Shown: one piece after another, positions 48,330-59,174 of the stretch
Numbering within the stretch: position 1 is the stretch's first letter
Layout: each line of letters opens with the position of its first letter
NCBI GenBank assembly: GCA_963811165.1
Contig: CAWEQH010000004.1
Span: forward strand, 448,001-512,000
Reading direction: 5' to 3'
Origin: an uncultured Nitrospiraceae bacterium
GTDB taxonomy: Bacteria; Nitrospirota; Thermodesulfovibrionia; Thermodesulfovibrionales; UBA6898
DNA: 64,000 nucleotides
The notes under the pieces: generated by a model
What the model was told of the DNA's origin: nothing
The model's database searches: none
The model's input: the letters and a program-made list of their open reading frames with translations, nothing else
Translations under genes and position numbers: made by a program

Positions 48330-51300
48330 TTATGCCTGCAGCACGCCCTCGCCTGTCTTGAGTTTTTTCCTCCCGAGCCAGCCTCCGACTTTCTTCTGGA
48401 ACTTGTCCATATAGTAATAGACGACAGGGGTGATGTACAGGGTCAGAAGCTGTGAAAAAATCAGCCCTCCCACAACGGCCAGCCCGAGAGGTCTGCGGGC
48501 GGAGGCGCCGGAGCCTATGCCCAAGGCGATCGGAAGGGTGCCCATAAGGGCTGCCATCGTCGTCATCATGATCGGTCTGAAACGGACCAGTGCGCCTTCA
48601 TAGATCGCATCAAGGGGCGTCTTGCCTTCCTTCCTTTCCGCTTCGAGGGCAAAGTCTATCATCATGATCGCGTTTTTCTTGACGATACCGATAAGCATGA
48701 TCACGCCGACGAAGGCGTAGATATTTAGCTCGTAGCCGAAAAGCATCAGCGTGATGAGCGCTCCGAATCCGGCCGCGGGAAGACCCGAAAGGATAGTGAG
48801 GGGATGGATGTAGCTTTCGTACAGTATACCCAGCACGATGTAGATAACGACGATCGCCATGACAAGAAGGACCCAGAGCCCTTTCATAGAGTCCTGAAAC
48901 GCCTGGGCAGACCCCTGAAAACTCGTCGTAACCGAAGGAGGAAGGGTCTCGCGGGCGGCCTTTTGCACCAAGTCGACTGCGTCGCTCAGGGCCACTCCCG
49001 GCTTTAGGTTGAATGATATTGTCACCGCCGGGAGCTGCCCCAGGTGGTTGACGGTAAGAGGCCCCAGGCTCCTTGTGAGTCTCGCTACGGTATTAAGAGG
49101 GACAAGGCTGCCTTTGACCGAGCGGACATAGAGCATCGAAAGGGCCGCAGGGTCCATCTGGTAATCGGGGTCGAGTTCGAGAATCACCTGATACTGGTTG
49201 TTCGGGGCATAGATGGTGGACACCTGCCGTGAACCGTACGCATAGTAGAGTGCGTCTTCGATCTGCTGGGCGGAAAGGCCGAGTGCGGCCGCTTTGTCGC
49301 GGTCGATATCGATATTTACCTGAGGAGATTTGATCTGCAGGTCGCTGGTAACGTCCTGAAGTTTGGAGATAGTCTTCATCTTTGTCTCAAGGCCGACTGC
49401 GCTTTTGTAAAGTTCCTCGGTATCGGGGCTCTGGAGAGTGAACTGGTACTGGCTCTTTGTCAGTGTTCCCCCGATCCTGATCGAAGGGAGGTTTTGCATG
49501 AACATCATGATGCCGGGCACCTTCGATACCTTCGGCCTGAGTTCCTGGATGATCTGGTCTGCAGTAAGCTCCCGCTTGTCGTGCGGCTTCAGCCGCATGA
49601 AGATGCGGCCCGAGTTGCTTGCGAGACTCAGCGTGCTGCCGCCGATTGCGGACATGAACTGGTCTATGTTAGGGTCTTTCGAGACGATCTCCGCCAGCTG
49701 TTTCTGGTGCTTTACCATATCATCGAAGGATATCCCCTGCGCCGCCTCGGTGAAGGCAAATATCTGGCCCGTGTCTTCCGTAGGGAGAAAGCCCATCGGC
49801 ACCTTCGTAAACAGCACCCCGGTCGCCAGAGTAATGACGATCGTAACCACTATCGTGGCGAAGCGGTGACGTATGACGAAGGACAAAGAGCGTTCGTAAT
49901 AGTTTCGCATGCCGTCAAAGACCTTCTCCATCGCAAGATAGAAACGGCCGTGTTTCTCCGCCCCCGGAGGTCTCAGAAAGCGGCTGCAGAGCATCGGCGT
50001 CAGCGTAAGGGAGACAAAACCCGAAATCAGTATCGCCATGCTGATCGTCACTGCGAACTCGTGGAGGAGTCTGCCCAGGATGCCGCCCATGAAAAGCACC
50101 GGGATGAAGACCGCCACGAGCGAGAGGGTCATCGAAAGTATCGTAAAGCCGATCTCTCGTGAGCCCTTGAGGGCAGCCTCCATAACGCCTTCCCCGTGTT
50201 CCATGTGCCTCACTATGTTTTCGAGCATGACTATCGCGTCGTCAACCACGAAGCCGACCGACAGTGTCAGTGCAAGGAGTGAAATGTTATTGATCGAAAA
50301 CCCCAGCAGATACATGGCGGCGAAGGTGCCGATAATGGAGAAGGGCAGGGCAAGGCTCGGAATTACCGTTGCCGAGATGTTTCGAAGGAAGAGGAATATC
50401 ACCAATACGACGAGGCAGACGGTCAGAAAGAGCGTAAATTTGACGTCATTAACAGATTCCCTGATCGAGACGGAGCGGTCATAGAGGATGTCCAGGTTTA
50501 CCGAGGCCGGGATCTGGGCCCGAAAGACAGGCAGCAGTTTCTTTATGCTGTCGACCACCTCGATGGTGTTGGTGCCGGGCTGGCGCTGAACGGCAAGGAT
50601 AATGCCGCGGGTGGTGTTGAACCAGCTTGCGGCCTTGTTGTTCTCTACGCTGTCTATGACCTTGCCGATCTGGTCGAGGCGCACGGGGGATCCGTTACGG
50701 TAGGCCACTATGAGAGGACGGTAGTCCGCCGCCTTGTAAAGCTGCCCGGTAGCCTGGATGGTGAATGCCTGGGTTTTCCCGCTCAGTAACCCTGTCGGAA
50801 GGTTCACGTTCCCGGCGTCAAGGGCGCTGCCTACCTCGTCGATACCGATCTGGCGCGTGGCGAGGGCCTTCGGGTCGACCTGGGCCCTTACGGCATATTT
50901 TTGGGACCCAAAGACGGACACCTGCGCCACCCCGCTGATCATCGAGATCCTCTGGGCCATGAAGGTCTCGGCAAAATCGTCGACGGTATAGAGAGGGAGC
51001 GTGGGGGAGCTCAGGGCAAGGTAGATGACCGGCTGGTCGGCCGGGTTCACCTTGTTGAAAGACGGCGGGGCCGGCATATTCTGCGGCAGCTGGCGCGAGG
51101 CGCGGGAGATGGCGGTCTGCACGTCCTGAGCCGCAGCGTCTATATTTCTGGACAGATTGAACTGGATAGTAATCTGGGTAGAACCGGTGCCGTTTTGGGA
51201 GGTCATGGAATCTACCCCTGCAATGGTTGAAAACTGGCGTTCAAGCGGCGTTGCAACCGCAGAGGCCATGGTGTCCGGGTTTGCTCCGGGCAGGCTCGCC

Positions 51301-51443
51301 GTCACCTGTATGGTCGGAAAGTCGACATTCGGCAGGTCGTTCACCGGAAGAAACCGGTAGGCGGAAATGCCGAACATGAAAATAGCGATCATGATCAGGG
51401 AGGTCATGATCGGCCTTCGGATAAAGATTTCAGCGATGTTCAT
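48330..51443 (-). CDS. RND efflux permease (MdtB/MdtC-like)
   Basis: FIRRPIMT, GFVVDDAIV, GIVKKNAIMMIDFA, RFRPIMMTT. Confidence 0.95.
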   Translation of the reverse strand: MNIAEIFIRRPIMTSLIMIAIFMFGISAYRFLPVNDLPNVDFPTIQVTASLPGANPDTMASAVATPLERQFSTIAGVDSMTSQNGTGSTQITIQFNLSRNIDAAAQDVQTAISRASRQLPQNMPAPPSFNKVNPADQPVIYLALSSPTLPLYTVDDFAETFMAQRISMISGVAQVSVFGSQKYAVRAQVDPKALATRQIGIDEVGSALDAGNVNLPTGLLSGKTQAFTIQATGQLYKAADYRPLIVAYRNGSPVRLDQIGKVIDSVENNKAASWFNTTRGIILAVQRQPGTNTIEVVDSIKKLLPVFRAQIPASVNLDILYDRSVSIRESVNDVKFTLFLTVCLVVLVIFLFLRNISATVIPSLALPFSIIGTFAAMYLLGFSINNISLLALTLSVGFVVDDAIVMLENIVRHMEHGEGVMEAALKGSREIGFTILSMTLSLVAVFIPVLFMGGILGRLLHEFAVTISMAILISGFVSLTLTPMLCSRFLRPPGAEKHGRFYLAMEKVFDGMRNYYERSLSFVIRHRFATIVVTIVITLATGVLFTKVPMGFLPTEDTGQIFAFTEAAQGISFDDMVKHQKQLAEIVSKDPNIDQFMSAIGGSTLSLASNSGRIFMRLKPHDKRELTADQIIQELRPKVSKVPGIMMFMQNLPSIRIGGTLTKSQYQFTLQSPDTEELYKSAVGLETKMKTISKLQDVTSDLQIKSPQVNIDIDRDKAAALGLSAQQIEDALYYAYGSRQVSTIYAPNNQYQVILELDPDYQMDPAALSMLYVRSVKGSLVPLNTVARLTRSLGPLTVNHLGQLPAVTISFNLKPGVALSDAVDLVQKAARETLPPSVTTSFQGSAQAFQDSMKGLWVLLVMAIVVIYIVLGILYESYIHPLTILSGLPAAGFGALITLMLFGYELNIYAFVGVIMLIGIVKKNAIMMIDFALEAERKEGKTPLDAIYEGALVRFRPIMMTTMAALMGTLPIALGIGSGASARRPLGLAVVGGLIFSQLLTLYITPVVYYYMDKFQKKVGGWLGRKKLKTGEGVLQA

Positions 51444-52621
51444 GGACGTCTGCCTGCTCCAGGCTGGGACCTTCCTTCGTCCCCTTTAGCCTGTTCAGGC
51501 TTTTTTATCTCGACCTTTGCCCCGGGGACGAGCCGCACCTGGCCGTCGGTCACCACTGTTTCGCCTGCGTTGACCCCCTTGTCTATCACGGTGTCGTCGG
51601 CGATTGCCAGGCCTGAGACCACAGGCCGGGACTCGATCGTGTTATCTTTTTTCACCACAAAGACATACTGGCCTTCCTGGCCTGTCTGTATGGCGCTTGT
51701 GGGCACTAAAAGCGCATTGGGCCGGGTCGTCAAGGTGAGGGCTACACTCACGAACTGTCCGGGCCAAAGCCTTTTCTGGGCGTTGGGGAACGTGGCCTTG
51801 AGTTTTATGGTGCCTGTCGTGGGATCGACCGTATTGTCCACAAAGGTGAGTATCCCCTGTTCGGGCGTCTTGTCCTCTTTCGAGATGTAGGTCTCCACCG
51901 CGACCTTCCCCTGGGACATATATTTCTTTATCTCGGCAAGATTTTGTTCGGGTATGGAGAACGTTACGTATATCGGCTGGATCTGGTTGACGACGACCAT
52001 CGAGGTGTCTGCGGTTGCCTTAACGAGATTGCCTTCGCTTACGATGAGGTTGCCTGTGCGGCCGGAGATCGGAGAATAGATGTAGCAGTATTTTAACTGC
52101 AGAAGCGCATTTTCGAGCATCGCCTTGTCCGCATTCACCGTGGCCCCGAGTGCGACCGCGTTGGTGCGGTATTGTTCATACTGCTCCTTTGCCACATACC
52201 CTTTCTTTACCAGCTCTCCATAACGGTCCGCCTCTTCGCGTGCGTTTTCCATCTGTGCCTTATCTCTTGCAAGGTTGGCCTCGGCCTGTTTGACCTGGGC
52301 CTCGTATTGTCTGGGGTCGATCGTGAAAAGGAGGGAGCCCTTGGCTACGTCCTGACCTTCCCTGAAATGGACCTTATGAAGTATCCCCCCTATCTGGGAC
52401 TTGACCTGTATCGTAGAGACGGCCTCTACGTTGCCTATTGCAGTCAACTGTACGGGCACGGTCCTTTGCGCCACCGTTCCCACCGAAACAGGCACCACCG
52501 GTTTTTTGGGCTGCTGGCTTGAATTGCCGTTCGAACATGAACCGAGGAATGACACCGAGATGGTGAATATGACTGCCATCAGCAGAGTGCTCCTCTTCCC
52601 GGACCGTCGGCCTTTTTTCAT
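51440..52621 (-). CDS. RND efflux periplasmic adaptor (MdtA-like lipoprotein)
   Basis: FLGSC lipobox; SPISGRTG, VDPTTGTI, LWPGQFV. Confidence 0.92.
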   Translation of the reverse strand: MKKGRRSGKRSTLLMAVIFTISVSFLGSCSNGNSSQQPKKPVVPVSVGTVAQRTVPVQLTAIGNVEAVSTIQVKSQIGGILHKVHFREGQDVAKGSLLFTIDPRQYEAQVKQAEANLARDKAQMENAREEADRYGELVKKGYVAKEQYEQYRTNAVALGATVNADKAMLENALLQLKYCYIYSPISGRTGNLIVSEGNLVKATADTSMVVVNQIQPIYVTFSIPEQNLAEIKKYMSQGKVAVETYISKEDKTPEQGILTFVDNTVDPTTGTIKLKATFPNAQKRLWPGQFVSVALTLTTRPNALLVPTSAIQTGQEGQYVFVVKKDNTIESRPVVSGLAIADDTVIDKGVNAGETVVTDGQVRLVPGAKVEIKKPEQAKGDEGRSQPGAGRRP

Positions 52622-52710
52622 CGAATCGTCTCCTTACTCTGGGTCCCTTTTGTTTTTTCTGAAAGCCGTGCCGCGTGTGAAACAGCAAGAGTTTTCGTGG
52701 CCTGCTTCAT

Positions 52711-52764
52711 AATGTTAGCGCTTACTTACATTTTACTTTATTCCAACGGCCGGATTTTTGTCAA
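52711..52764 (-). promoter_or_regulatory. Sigma-70 promoter and palindromic operator of the efflux operon
   Basis: Minus strand TTGACA-N18-TAAAGT followed by AATGTaAG..CTaACATT imperfect palindrome (52711-52732). Confidence 0.5.
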
Positions 52765-52878
52765 TACAGAAAGTGCCGGGGCGCGTACTCCATTCTGTTA
52801 TTGGCGAGGAGGGACAGAGGCAAATAGGCAGGGGCACCTTTGAACGTGCCCTTACGGGTATGGAATGGTTGCGACCTG

Positions 52879-53271
52879 CTATTTTTTCATCCAGCGCTCC
52901 AGGACATTTTTTATGTCTTCGCTGAACTGGTCGATGTCGAAGGCCTTATGGATAAAGCTGTCGGCGCCGGAGGCATAGGCTTCTTTCATGTCCGATTCAA
53001 GGGCTGAAGAGGTGACCACAATTACAGGGATGTCTTTCAGTTTCTCGTCCGCCCGGATTTCCCGAAGCGTATCGAATCCGCTCATGCCGGGCATTTTCAA
53101 GTCCAGAAATATCAACCCCGGCAATTCCTTCCCGTCCTTGAGAAACTCCAGTCCGGCGTGGCCGCTCAAGACGGCCTCAGCCCTTGTCTGCGGGCTGATT
53201 TTTGAAAGGATCCTTTTTGTTATCAGGATATCATCCTGGCTGTCGTCGATGATAAGCACCTTTTGTCCCAT
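52879..53271 (-). CDS. Single-domain response regulator (Rcp1-like)
   Basis: IIDDSQDD, FLDLKMP, VVTSS, GADSFIHK. Confidence 0.9.
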   Translation of the reverse strand: MGQKVLIIDDSQDDILITKRILSKISPQTRAEAVLSGHAGLEFLKDGKELPGLIFLDLKMPGMSGFDTLREIRADEKLKDIPVIVVTSSALESDMKEAYASGADSFIHKAFDIDQFSEDIKNVLERWMKK

Positions 53272-53350
53272 AATAATCTCTTTTTCTAAGTGTATCATCA
53301 TTACGCCGGGTTGCAACAAAATAATCCAAAACCATACATCGCACCCTTGA

Positions 53351-56300
53351 TTACGCTACGGTAAAATACACCGTTGCCCCTTTCCCGGACTGCCCTTCGG
53401 CCCATACCCTGCCGCCGTGGCTGTGGATGATGCGTTCGACAATGGTCAGGCCGATCCCGGTGCCGGGGAACTCCTTGTCGGAGTGAAGGCGGTGAAAAGG
53501 CCAGAACATCTTATCCGCATATTTCGGGTCGAAACCCGAGCCGTTGTCCCTGACATAATACACGGTCCTTCCGTCTTGCTCCAGGGCCCCCAATTCAATG
53601 ACGGCCTTCTCTGTCTTTGACGTAAACTTCCATGCGTTTCCGAGAAGGTTCGAAAGGACGATCTCGATAAGCCGGTGGTCTGCAAAGGCAGTAAGACCCT
53701 CCATGATGCGGACGTCCGCACTTCTTCCCGGACTGGCCTCGCGCAGGTCCCAGGCTATGGTAGAGGCCATTTTGCTCATATCGACCTTGTTCCGCCGGAC
53801 CTCCTGCCGGGAGATCTTCGCAAGATAAAGCAGGTCCTCGATGAGCCGGCTCATCTTTTCCGCGCCGTTATGGATGCGGGCCAGATAGTCCTGCCCCTGC
53901 ATGTCAAGCAGTCTGGCGTAATCCTCCACCAAAATCTTGACGAAGCCCGCTATAGACCGAAGCGGAGCGCGCAGGTCGTGTGAGATCGAGTAGATGAAGG
54001 ATTCGAGCTCTTTGTTCACCGCCTCAAGCTCGACGTTTCGCGCAGCCATGTCTTCGCCCAGTTTAAGGACATTCGTTTCGTATTTTTTGCGCTCGGTGAT
54101 GTCGTCGAATATCGCCACAAAGTGTTCCCGTGCAGGACTATAGACCGATATGGAGAGCCATAACTCAAGAGGTTTGAATTCTATTTCGAATTTCTCCGGC
54201 CGGCCTGTCAGAGCGACCCGTCCGTAAATTTCAAACAACTCAGGGTGGGCTGTTCTGATACCCGGTATGACCTCAGTAACTCTCTTGCCGGCGACGTTTT
54301 CGATGCCGGTCAACTTTCCGAATGCGCCGTTGACATCGAGATAGATGAAATCCGATGGGCGGCCGCTTTCATCATAAAGCATCTTACAGTGCGCAAACCC
54401 CTGCAGCATATTTTCAAAAAGCGAGCGGTACCGTTCCTCGCTCTCCCGCAAGGCCTCCTCGGCCTGTTTGCGTTCGGTGATGTCGGTATTTGTGCCGAAC
54501 CACCGGAAGACCCGTCCTGCCGAATCCTTCAAAGGCAGCACGCGCGTCAGGAAGGGCCGGAATATTCCGTCGGCTCCGCGCAGCGGGAATTCCATGTCAA
54601 AGGGCTCGCCGGTGGCGATGGATGTTTTCCAATTTTCCAGGACTTTCGGCAGCACCCGGGGATCGTGAACTGATTGCCAGCCCCATCCTTCCATCTGTTC
54701 GGCAGTGGTGCCGGTGTACTCATACCAGCGTTGGTTGTACCACGTTATGTATCCGTCGCCGTTTGCCCACCATGCAAGGTTGGGGATGGAATCGGCGAGG
54801 GCCCGGAACTGTTCTTCGCTTGCCAGCAGCGCCTTCTCGGCCCGCTTACGCTCCGTGATATCGTGCGCAATTTTTGATGCGCCTATCACCTTCCCTTTTG
54901 CATCTTTGATGGCGGAGAAGGTCAGGGAAACGGGAACAATCGTTCCATCTTTCCGCATGCGCACGGTTTCGAAGTTCTCGATATGCTCTCCTTTTTTGAT
55001 CCTTTCGAGAATTTCGGGCACCTCATCGGTATGCCCGGGCGGTATAAGGAGTGAAATGGGTTTGCCTATTACTTCCTCGGCCTTATATCCGAAGATATTC
55101 TCCGCTCCCGCATTCCACGTTTGAATAATACCGTCCAGGTCCTTACCGACGATCGCATCTTCGGCGCTCTCCACGATCGCCGCAAGACGACCCCTTATCT
55201 CCTCAGCCTTTTTTATCTCGGTGATGTCAAACGCGTAAATGCGCGCCACATTGAATTGGGGGCTAAGGTAGATGCTCTCTGCGAAGACCCTGTCCCTTAC
55301 GATGACCTCACGATAGAGAGACTGCTCGGTTTCCCTTTCCCAATCTTTTAAAATGTCGTCCAAGTCCGGCGGCAGAAGAACGTCGACGTCCCCTTTGTCC
55401 ATTCCGAGGCCTTCCAGTATCCTTTCCGTGGCCGGATTACAGAATTTTATGGTGCCGGAGGAATCCACTTCGCAAACAGGGTTTGGGTTCAGCTGCGGGA
55501 AAGAGGCGAGATGTTTTGTTCTCTCTTCAACCCTCTTGAGCTCCGTTACGTCGCTGTAAGTGATCACCACGCCCTCGATGCGGTTGTCCGAAGTCCTGTA
55601 GGGAAGCGCGGTCCGGACATACCAAGCAGTGCTTATCAGGAGCTCCTTCCTTATCGGCATGAGGCTGTCCAGGACTGCCTGTGCGTCGGCGATCAATTCG
55701 GGACCGAGGTTCTCCTGCGACATGTCAATGATCGGCCGGCCCACGTCCGAAGGGATCAGCTTGATGAGTCTCGACATCGCCGGTGTGAACCGCTTCACCC
55801 TGAACTGGTGATCGAGAAAGATCGTGGGGATGTTGGTGCTTGCGAGGAAGTTGTTGAGGTCGTTGTTCGTCTCTTCCTGCTCCTCGACTTTCGACTGAAG
55901 CTGCGCGTTCACCGTGATCAGCTCTTCGTTTAACGACTGGAGCTCTTCCCTTGAGGTCTCGAGCTCTTCGTTGGCAGCCTGGAGTTCCTCGTTCGATGAC
56001 TGGAGCTCTTCGTTGAGGCTCTTGAGTTGCTCTATATTGGTCTGAAGCTCAGCCCGTGTTGCGGCGAGCTCGCTTTCAAGCTGACGGACAGCGGTTTCAT
56101 CAACGCAGGCGACCTCTGCGGTAACTGCGTCAGCCCGCTCTGGGATACCGCCTTTTTCACGGAATACTACGAGAAAGAGGTTTTCTCTTAGTTTCGAGAT
56201 GCGCAGGGTGATCCGCCTTTTTTTTTCATCGTCGCCGCTGATACTTGTCCGGATCGAAACAGGCCTCGACTCCTGAGTTGTCCGATAGACCGCCCCCCTT

Positions 56301-57994
56301 ACCCTGTTTCGCAGACCTTCGGGAAGAAGCTCAAGGAGGTTATGTGTGGGGGCGCCCCGCGGTTGAAGGAAGTATCTGTTTGTGGGACCGTTATGGTAGA
56401 GGATATCGTAGTTCTGATCCATTGCGACCGCAGCAGGCGCAAACTCCCCTAGCAGAGTCTCTTGGGCAATCTCTATGGCGGACACCTTCTGCCCTGCAGG
56501 CGGCGTCTGCCTTGGAACCGCTGCGGCCTTTTCCGAGGCATAGGGGACGGTGAGGGACAGCCTCGAGGGCGGCGTGGTTTCGATCTTCTGGTATATCCGG
56601 CATTTCTTGTGGCTTAGGGACCGAAAGAGCGCCTTGTTTTTGCCGACCGACTCGGCGTTCCCCAGGAAGAGATATCCTCCTTCCTTAAGGGCATAATGAA
56701 AGAGCGCCAGGCATTTTTCCTGCGCCACAGGCTCGAGGTATATCAGCAGGTTGCGGCAGATGACAAGGTCGAGTTTCGAAAACGGAGGATCAGTAAGAAG
56801 GTCCTGTTTGGCAAATACGACTGATTCCCGTATCTGTTTGCTGATCGTTACGGAAAGGCCGTCTTCTAAGCAGGTAAAGAATCTCTTCATATACTCAGGC
56901 GGCACGTCGGCGGCTATACTGCCGGGATATTTTCCCTCCCTCGCCTTTTCAAGGGCCTGGTCGTTTACGTCCGTGGCAAAGACCTGTATCTCCCGTTTTC
57001 TGCCGGCCAGGTCGAATTCCTGCTGAAGCATCATTGCTATGGAATATGCCTCCTCCCCTGTTGCACAGGCAGGGGCCCAGGCACGGACCGGCGAGTCTTC
57101 TTCCCGCGCGGTCAGCTTCCTCACCGCACCTATTCTAAGGGCCTTCCATGCCAACGGGTCCCGGAAGAAGGAGGTAACCCCGATCATCAGATCGGATGCG
57201 AGTGAGACAGCCTCGGACTCCTTGGCAGTCAGAATCTGCAGGTAATCACCGACAGAAGAAACGCCGCGAAGGAACATCCTCCTTCTGATCCTCCGGCTGA
57301 CAACGCTCTTTTTATAGTCTTCGAAGCGATGCCCGGTCTTTTCCTTAATTACTTTGTAAAATTGCTGAAACTCCCCCGGCGAGACGACATCTTCGGCTGG
57401 GGTGGCTGAAGTCTCCGTGTCGTAGATCTTTACTATCTCCCGGGCGATGTCCTCCGGAGGAAGCACTCCATCAGCCTGGCCGGTTGCGATGGCGGCAGCA
57501 GGCATTGCAGGAAACTCGGCTGTCTCCGGGTCCTGAACAAAAACCGTCCCGCCGGCGTTTCTGATCGCCTGCACCCCGCGTGCCCCGTCGGTCCCCGCGC
57601 CGGAGAATATGACGCCGATGACGCGCTCCCCTGCCTCTTCGGCGAGCGAGGAAAAAAACTCATCTATAGGCAGATGAAAATGTTCTTTAGAGGGGACCGA
57701 TACCCGGAAGATCGATTTCATGATCCTGATCTCATTTCCGGGCGGGCAGAGATAGAGTTTCCCGGGAAGGACTTCCATCCCATCGGATATCTCGTTGATG
57801 TCCAGGCCCGGCCTTCGGTTGCGAAGCAGTTCGGGCAGGAGGCTCTTATGTTTCGGTGAAAGGTGCTGCATAAAGACGGCTGCAAAGCCGAATTTCCTCG
57901 GCAATATACTGAGGAAACACTGCAGGGAGTTAAGGCCCCCTGCAGAAGCCCCTATGCATACGATAGGGAAAGAAGCGAAAGGACCCTCACCCAT
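53351..57994 (-). CDS. CheB-CheR-PAS-histidine kinase fusion
   Basis: GASAGG/QHL/GTDG CheB triad, VTSFFRD/CATGEE/CRNLLIY CheR, NEELQS coil, several PAS domains, SHDLRAP kinase. Confidence 0.93.
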   Translation of the reverse strand: MGEGPFASFPIVCIGASAGGLNSLQCFLSILPRKFGFAAVFMQHLSPKHKSLLPELLRNRRPGLDINEISDGMEVLPGKLYLCPPGNEIRIMKSIFRVSVPSKEHFHLPIDEFFSSLAEEAGERVIGVIFSGAGTDGARGVQAIRNAGGTVFVQDPETAEFPAMPAAAIATGQADGVLPPEDIAREIVKIYDTETSATPAEDVVSPGEFQQFYKVIKEKTGHRFEDYKKSVVSRRIRRRMFLRGVSSVGDYLQILTAKESEAVSLASDLMIGVTSFFRDPLAWKALRIGAVRKLTAREEDSPVRAWAPACATGEEAYSIAMMLQQEFDLAGRKREIQVFATDVNDQALEKAREGKYPGSIAADVPPEYMKRFFTCLEDGLSVTISKQIRESVVFAKQDLLTDPPFSKLDLVICRNLLIYLEPVAQEKCLALFHYALKEGGYLFLGNAESVGKNKALFRSLSHKKCRIYQKIETTPPSRLSLTVPYASEKAAAVPRQTPPAGQKVSAIEIAQETLLGEFAPAAVAMDQNYDILYHNGPTNRYFLQPRGAPTHNLLELLPEGLRNRVRGAVYRTTQESRPVSIRTSISGDDEKKRRITLRISKLRENLFLVVFREKGGIPERADAVTAEVACVDETAVRQLESELAATRAELQTNIEQLKSLNEELQSSNEELQAANEELETSREELQSLNEELITVNAQLQSKVEEQEETNNDLNNFLASTNIPTIFLDHQFRVKRFTPAMSRLIKLIPSDVGRPIIDMSQENLGPELIADAQAVLDSLMPIRKELLISTAWYVRTALPYRTSDNRIEGVVITYSDVTELKRVEERTKHLASFPQLNPNPVCEVDSSGTIKFCNPATERILEGLGMDKGDVDVLLPPDLDDILKDWERETEQSLYREVIVRDRVFAESIYLSPQFNVARIYAFDITEIKKAEEIRGRLAAIVESAEDAIVGKDLDGIIQTWNAGAENIFGYKAEEVIGKPISLLIPPGHTDEVPEILERIKKGEHIENFETVRMRKDGTIVPVSLTFSAIKDAKGKVIGASKIAHDITERKRAEKALLASEEQFRALADSIPNLAWWANGDGYITWYNQRWYEYTGTTAEQMEGWGWQSVHDPRVLPKVLENWKTSIATGEPFDMEFPLRGADGIFRPFLTRVLPLKDSAGRVFRWFGTNTDITERKQAEEALRESEERYRSLFENMLQGFAHCKMLYDESGRPSDFIYLDVNGAFGKLTGIENVAGKRVTEVIPGIRTAHPELFEIYGRVALTGRPEKFEIEFKPLELWLSISVYSPAREHFVAIFDDITERKKYETNVLKLGEDMAARNVELEAVNKELESFIYSISHDLRAPLRSIAGFVKILVEDYARLLDMQGQDYLARIHNGAEKMSRLIEDLLYLAKISRQEVRRNKVDMSKMASTIAWDLREASPGRSADVRIMEGLTAFADHRLIEIVLSNLLGNAWKFTSKTEKAVIELGALEQDGRTVYYVRDNGSGFDPKYADKMFWPFHRLHSDKEFPGTGIGLTIVERIIHSHGGRVWAEGQSGKGATVYFTVA

Positions 57995-58217
57995 CGTTAT
58001 ATCCGGTCCCGCCCTGCATCCAAACGCGGTTGGCAATGAGCCGTAAAAGAAGCATAGGACTTATTTTATCATAGCCAATAAGTACTGTCACCAAGTTTGG
58101 ATTCCCGATGGATTAAGGGCCACAAGTGCGACGACACAGGGAGGAGTTATGCAATTTGATTTATTATTTACTCATTTGTAACTCTGGAAGAAAAAGATGC
58201 GAAAGCCCGAAGGTTCT

Positions 58218-59123
58218 TTAGTGGTGATGCGCGGGCTGGGAGTGGGTTATCTGGCAATAGGTGCCGTTTGTCTCGCATTCTGCGCATTCCATCTGGATTA
58301 CGGAATGCTTTATTCCGAGGTGCAGGAGCTCATGCTCGATCTCCTTTCTGACGGCGTCGGCCTCGCTGATCCTTTGGTCGCTGACCTGCACGTGGGCCGA
58401 AAAGGCAGGTATCCCGTGTCCTATCGACCAAACATGGACATCGTGCACGCAGACAACACCGGGTATGCCGGATATAAGCGAGGACATCTCTTCAGCGTGA
58501 AAGCCGACCGGGCTCAGTTCGAGAAATATCCATAGCGACTCTTTTATCACGCGGCCCCCTCCTATGATTATCATCACCCCGACGACTCCGCTGGCGATGG
58601 GGTCGGCCATTGTCCACCCGGTGAACTTTATGATGATGCCCGCGATGATGACCCCTGCCGAGGAGACGGTGTCCCCGAGCACGTGAAGCCATGCGCTTTG
58701 GATGTTGAGGTCCTTATGCCCCCTGCTTAGGATAAAGGCCATGCCGAGGTTCCCGACAAAACCCGCTGCGGCGACGACCAGCATCAGGGACGAGTTTATT
58801 TCAGGCGGAGCGTGCAGACGTTTATATGTCTCCACAAAAATGAAGACCGCTATTACCACGAGGGACACGCCGTTTAACAACGCCGCCAGAAGGCCTATCC
58901 TTTGGTAACCGTATGTCGCGCGGTAATCTGAAGGCCGTTTCATGATAAGCGCTGCGATAAGACTTAGGCCAAGGGCAAAGGCGTCCGTAAGCACATGCCC
59001 GGCGTCGCTCAAAAGTGCGAGGCTGTTGCTTAAAATCCCGCCTATCACTTCTGCGGCCAGGATAACGAGAGTAATCGCAAGGCTCCAGAGAAGTCTTTTT
59101 TCGGAGCTCTTATCGTTCTTCAT
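58218..59123 (-). CDS. Cation diffusion facilitator (CzcD/ZitB-like)
   Basis: SLALLSDAGHVLTD, WLHVLGD, VHDVHVW. Confidence 0.92.
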   Translation of the reverse strand: MKNDKSSEKRLLWSLAITLVILAAEVIGGILSNSLALLSDAGHVLTDAFALGLSLIAALIMKRPSDYRATYGYQRIGLLAALLNGVSLVVIAVFIFVETYKRLHAPPEINSSLMLVVAAAGFVGNLGMAFILSRGHKDLNIQSAWLHVLGDTVSSAGVIIAGIIIKFTGWTMADPIASGVVGVMIIIGGGRVIKESLWIFLELSPVGFHAEEMSSLISGIPGVVCVHDVHVWSIGHGIPAFSAHVQVSDQRISEADAVRKEIEHELLHLGIKHSVIQMECAECETNGTYCQITHSQPAHHH

Positions 59124-59174
59124 AACTTATTATAGAACACGGTCACAAAGATGGTTTTCAAAAGTTTCATCGTT

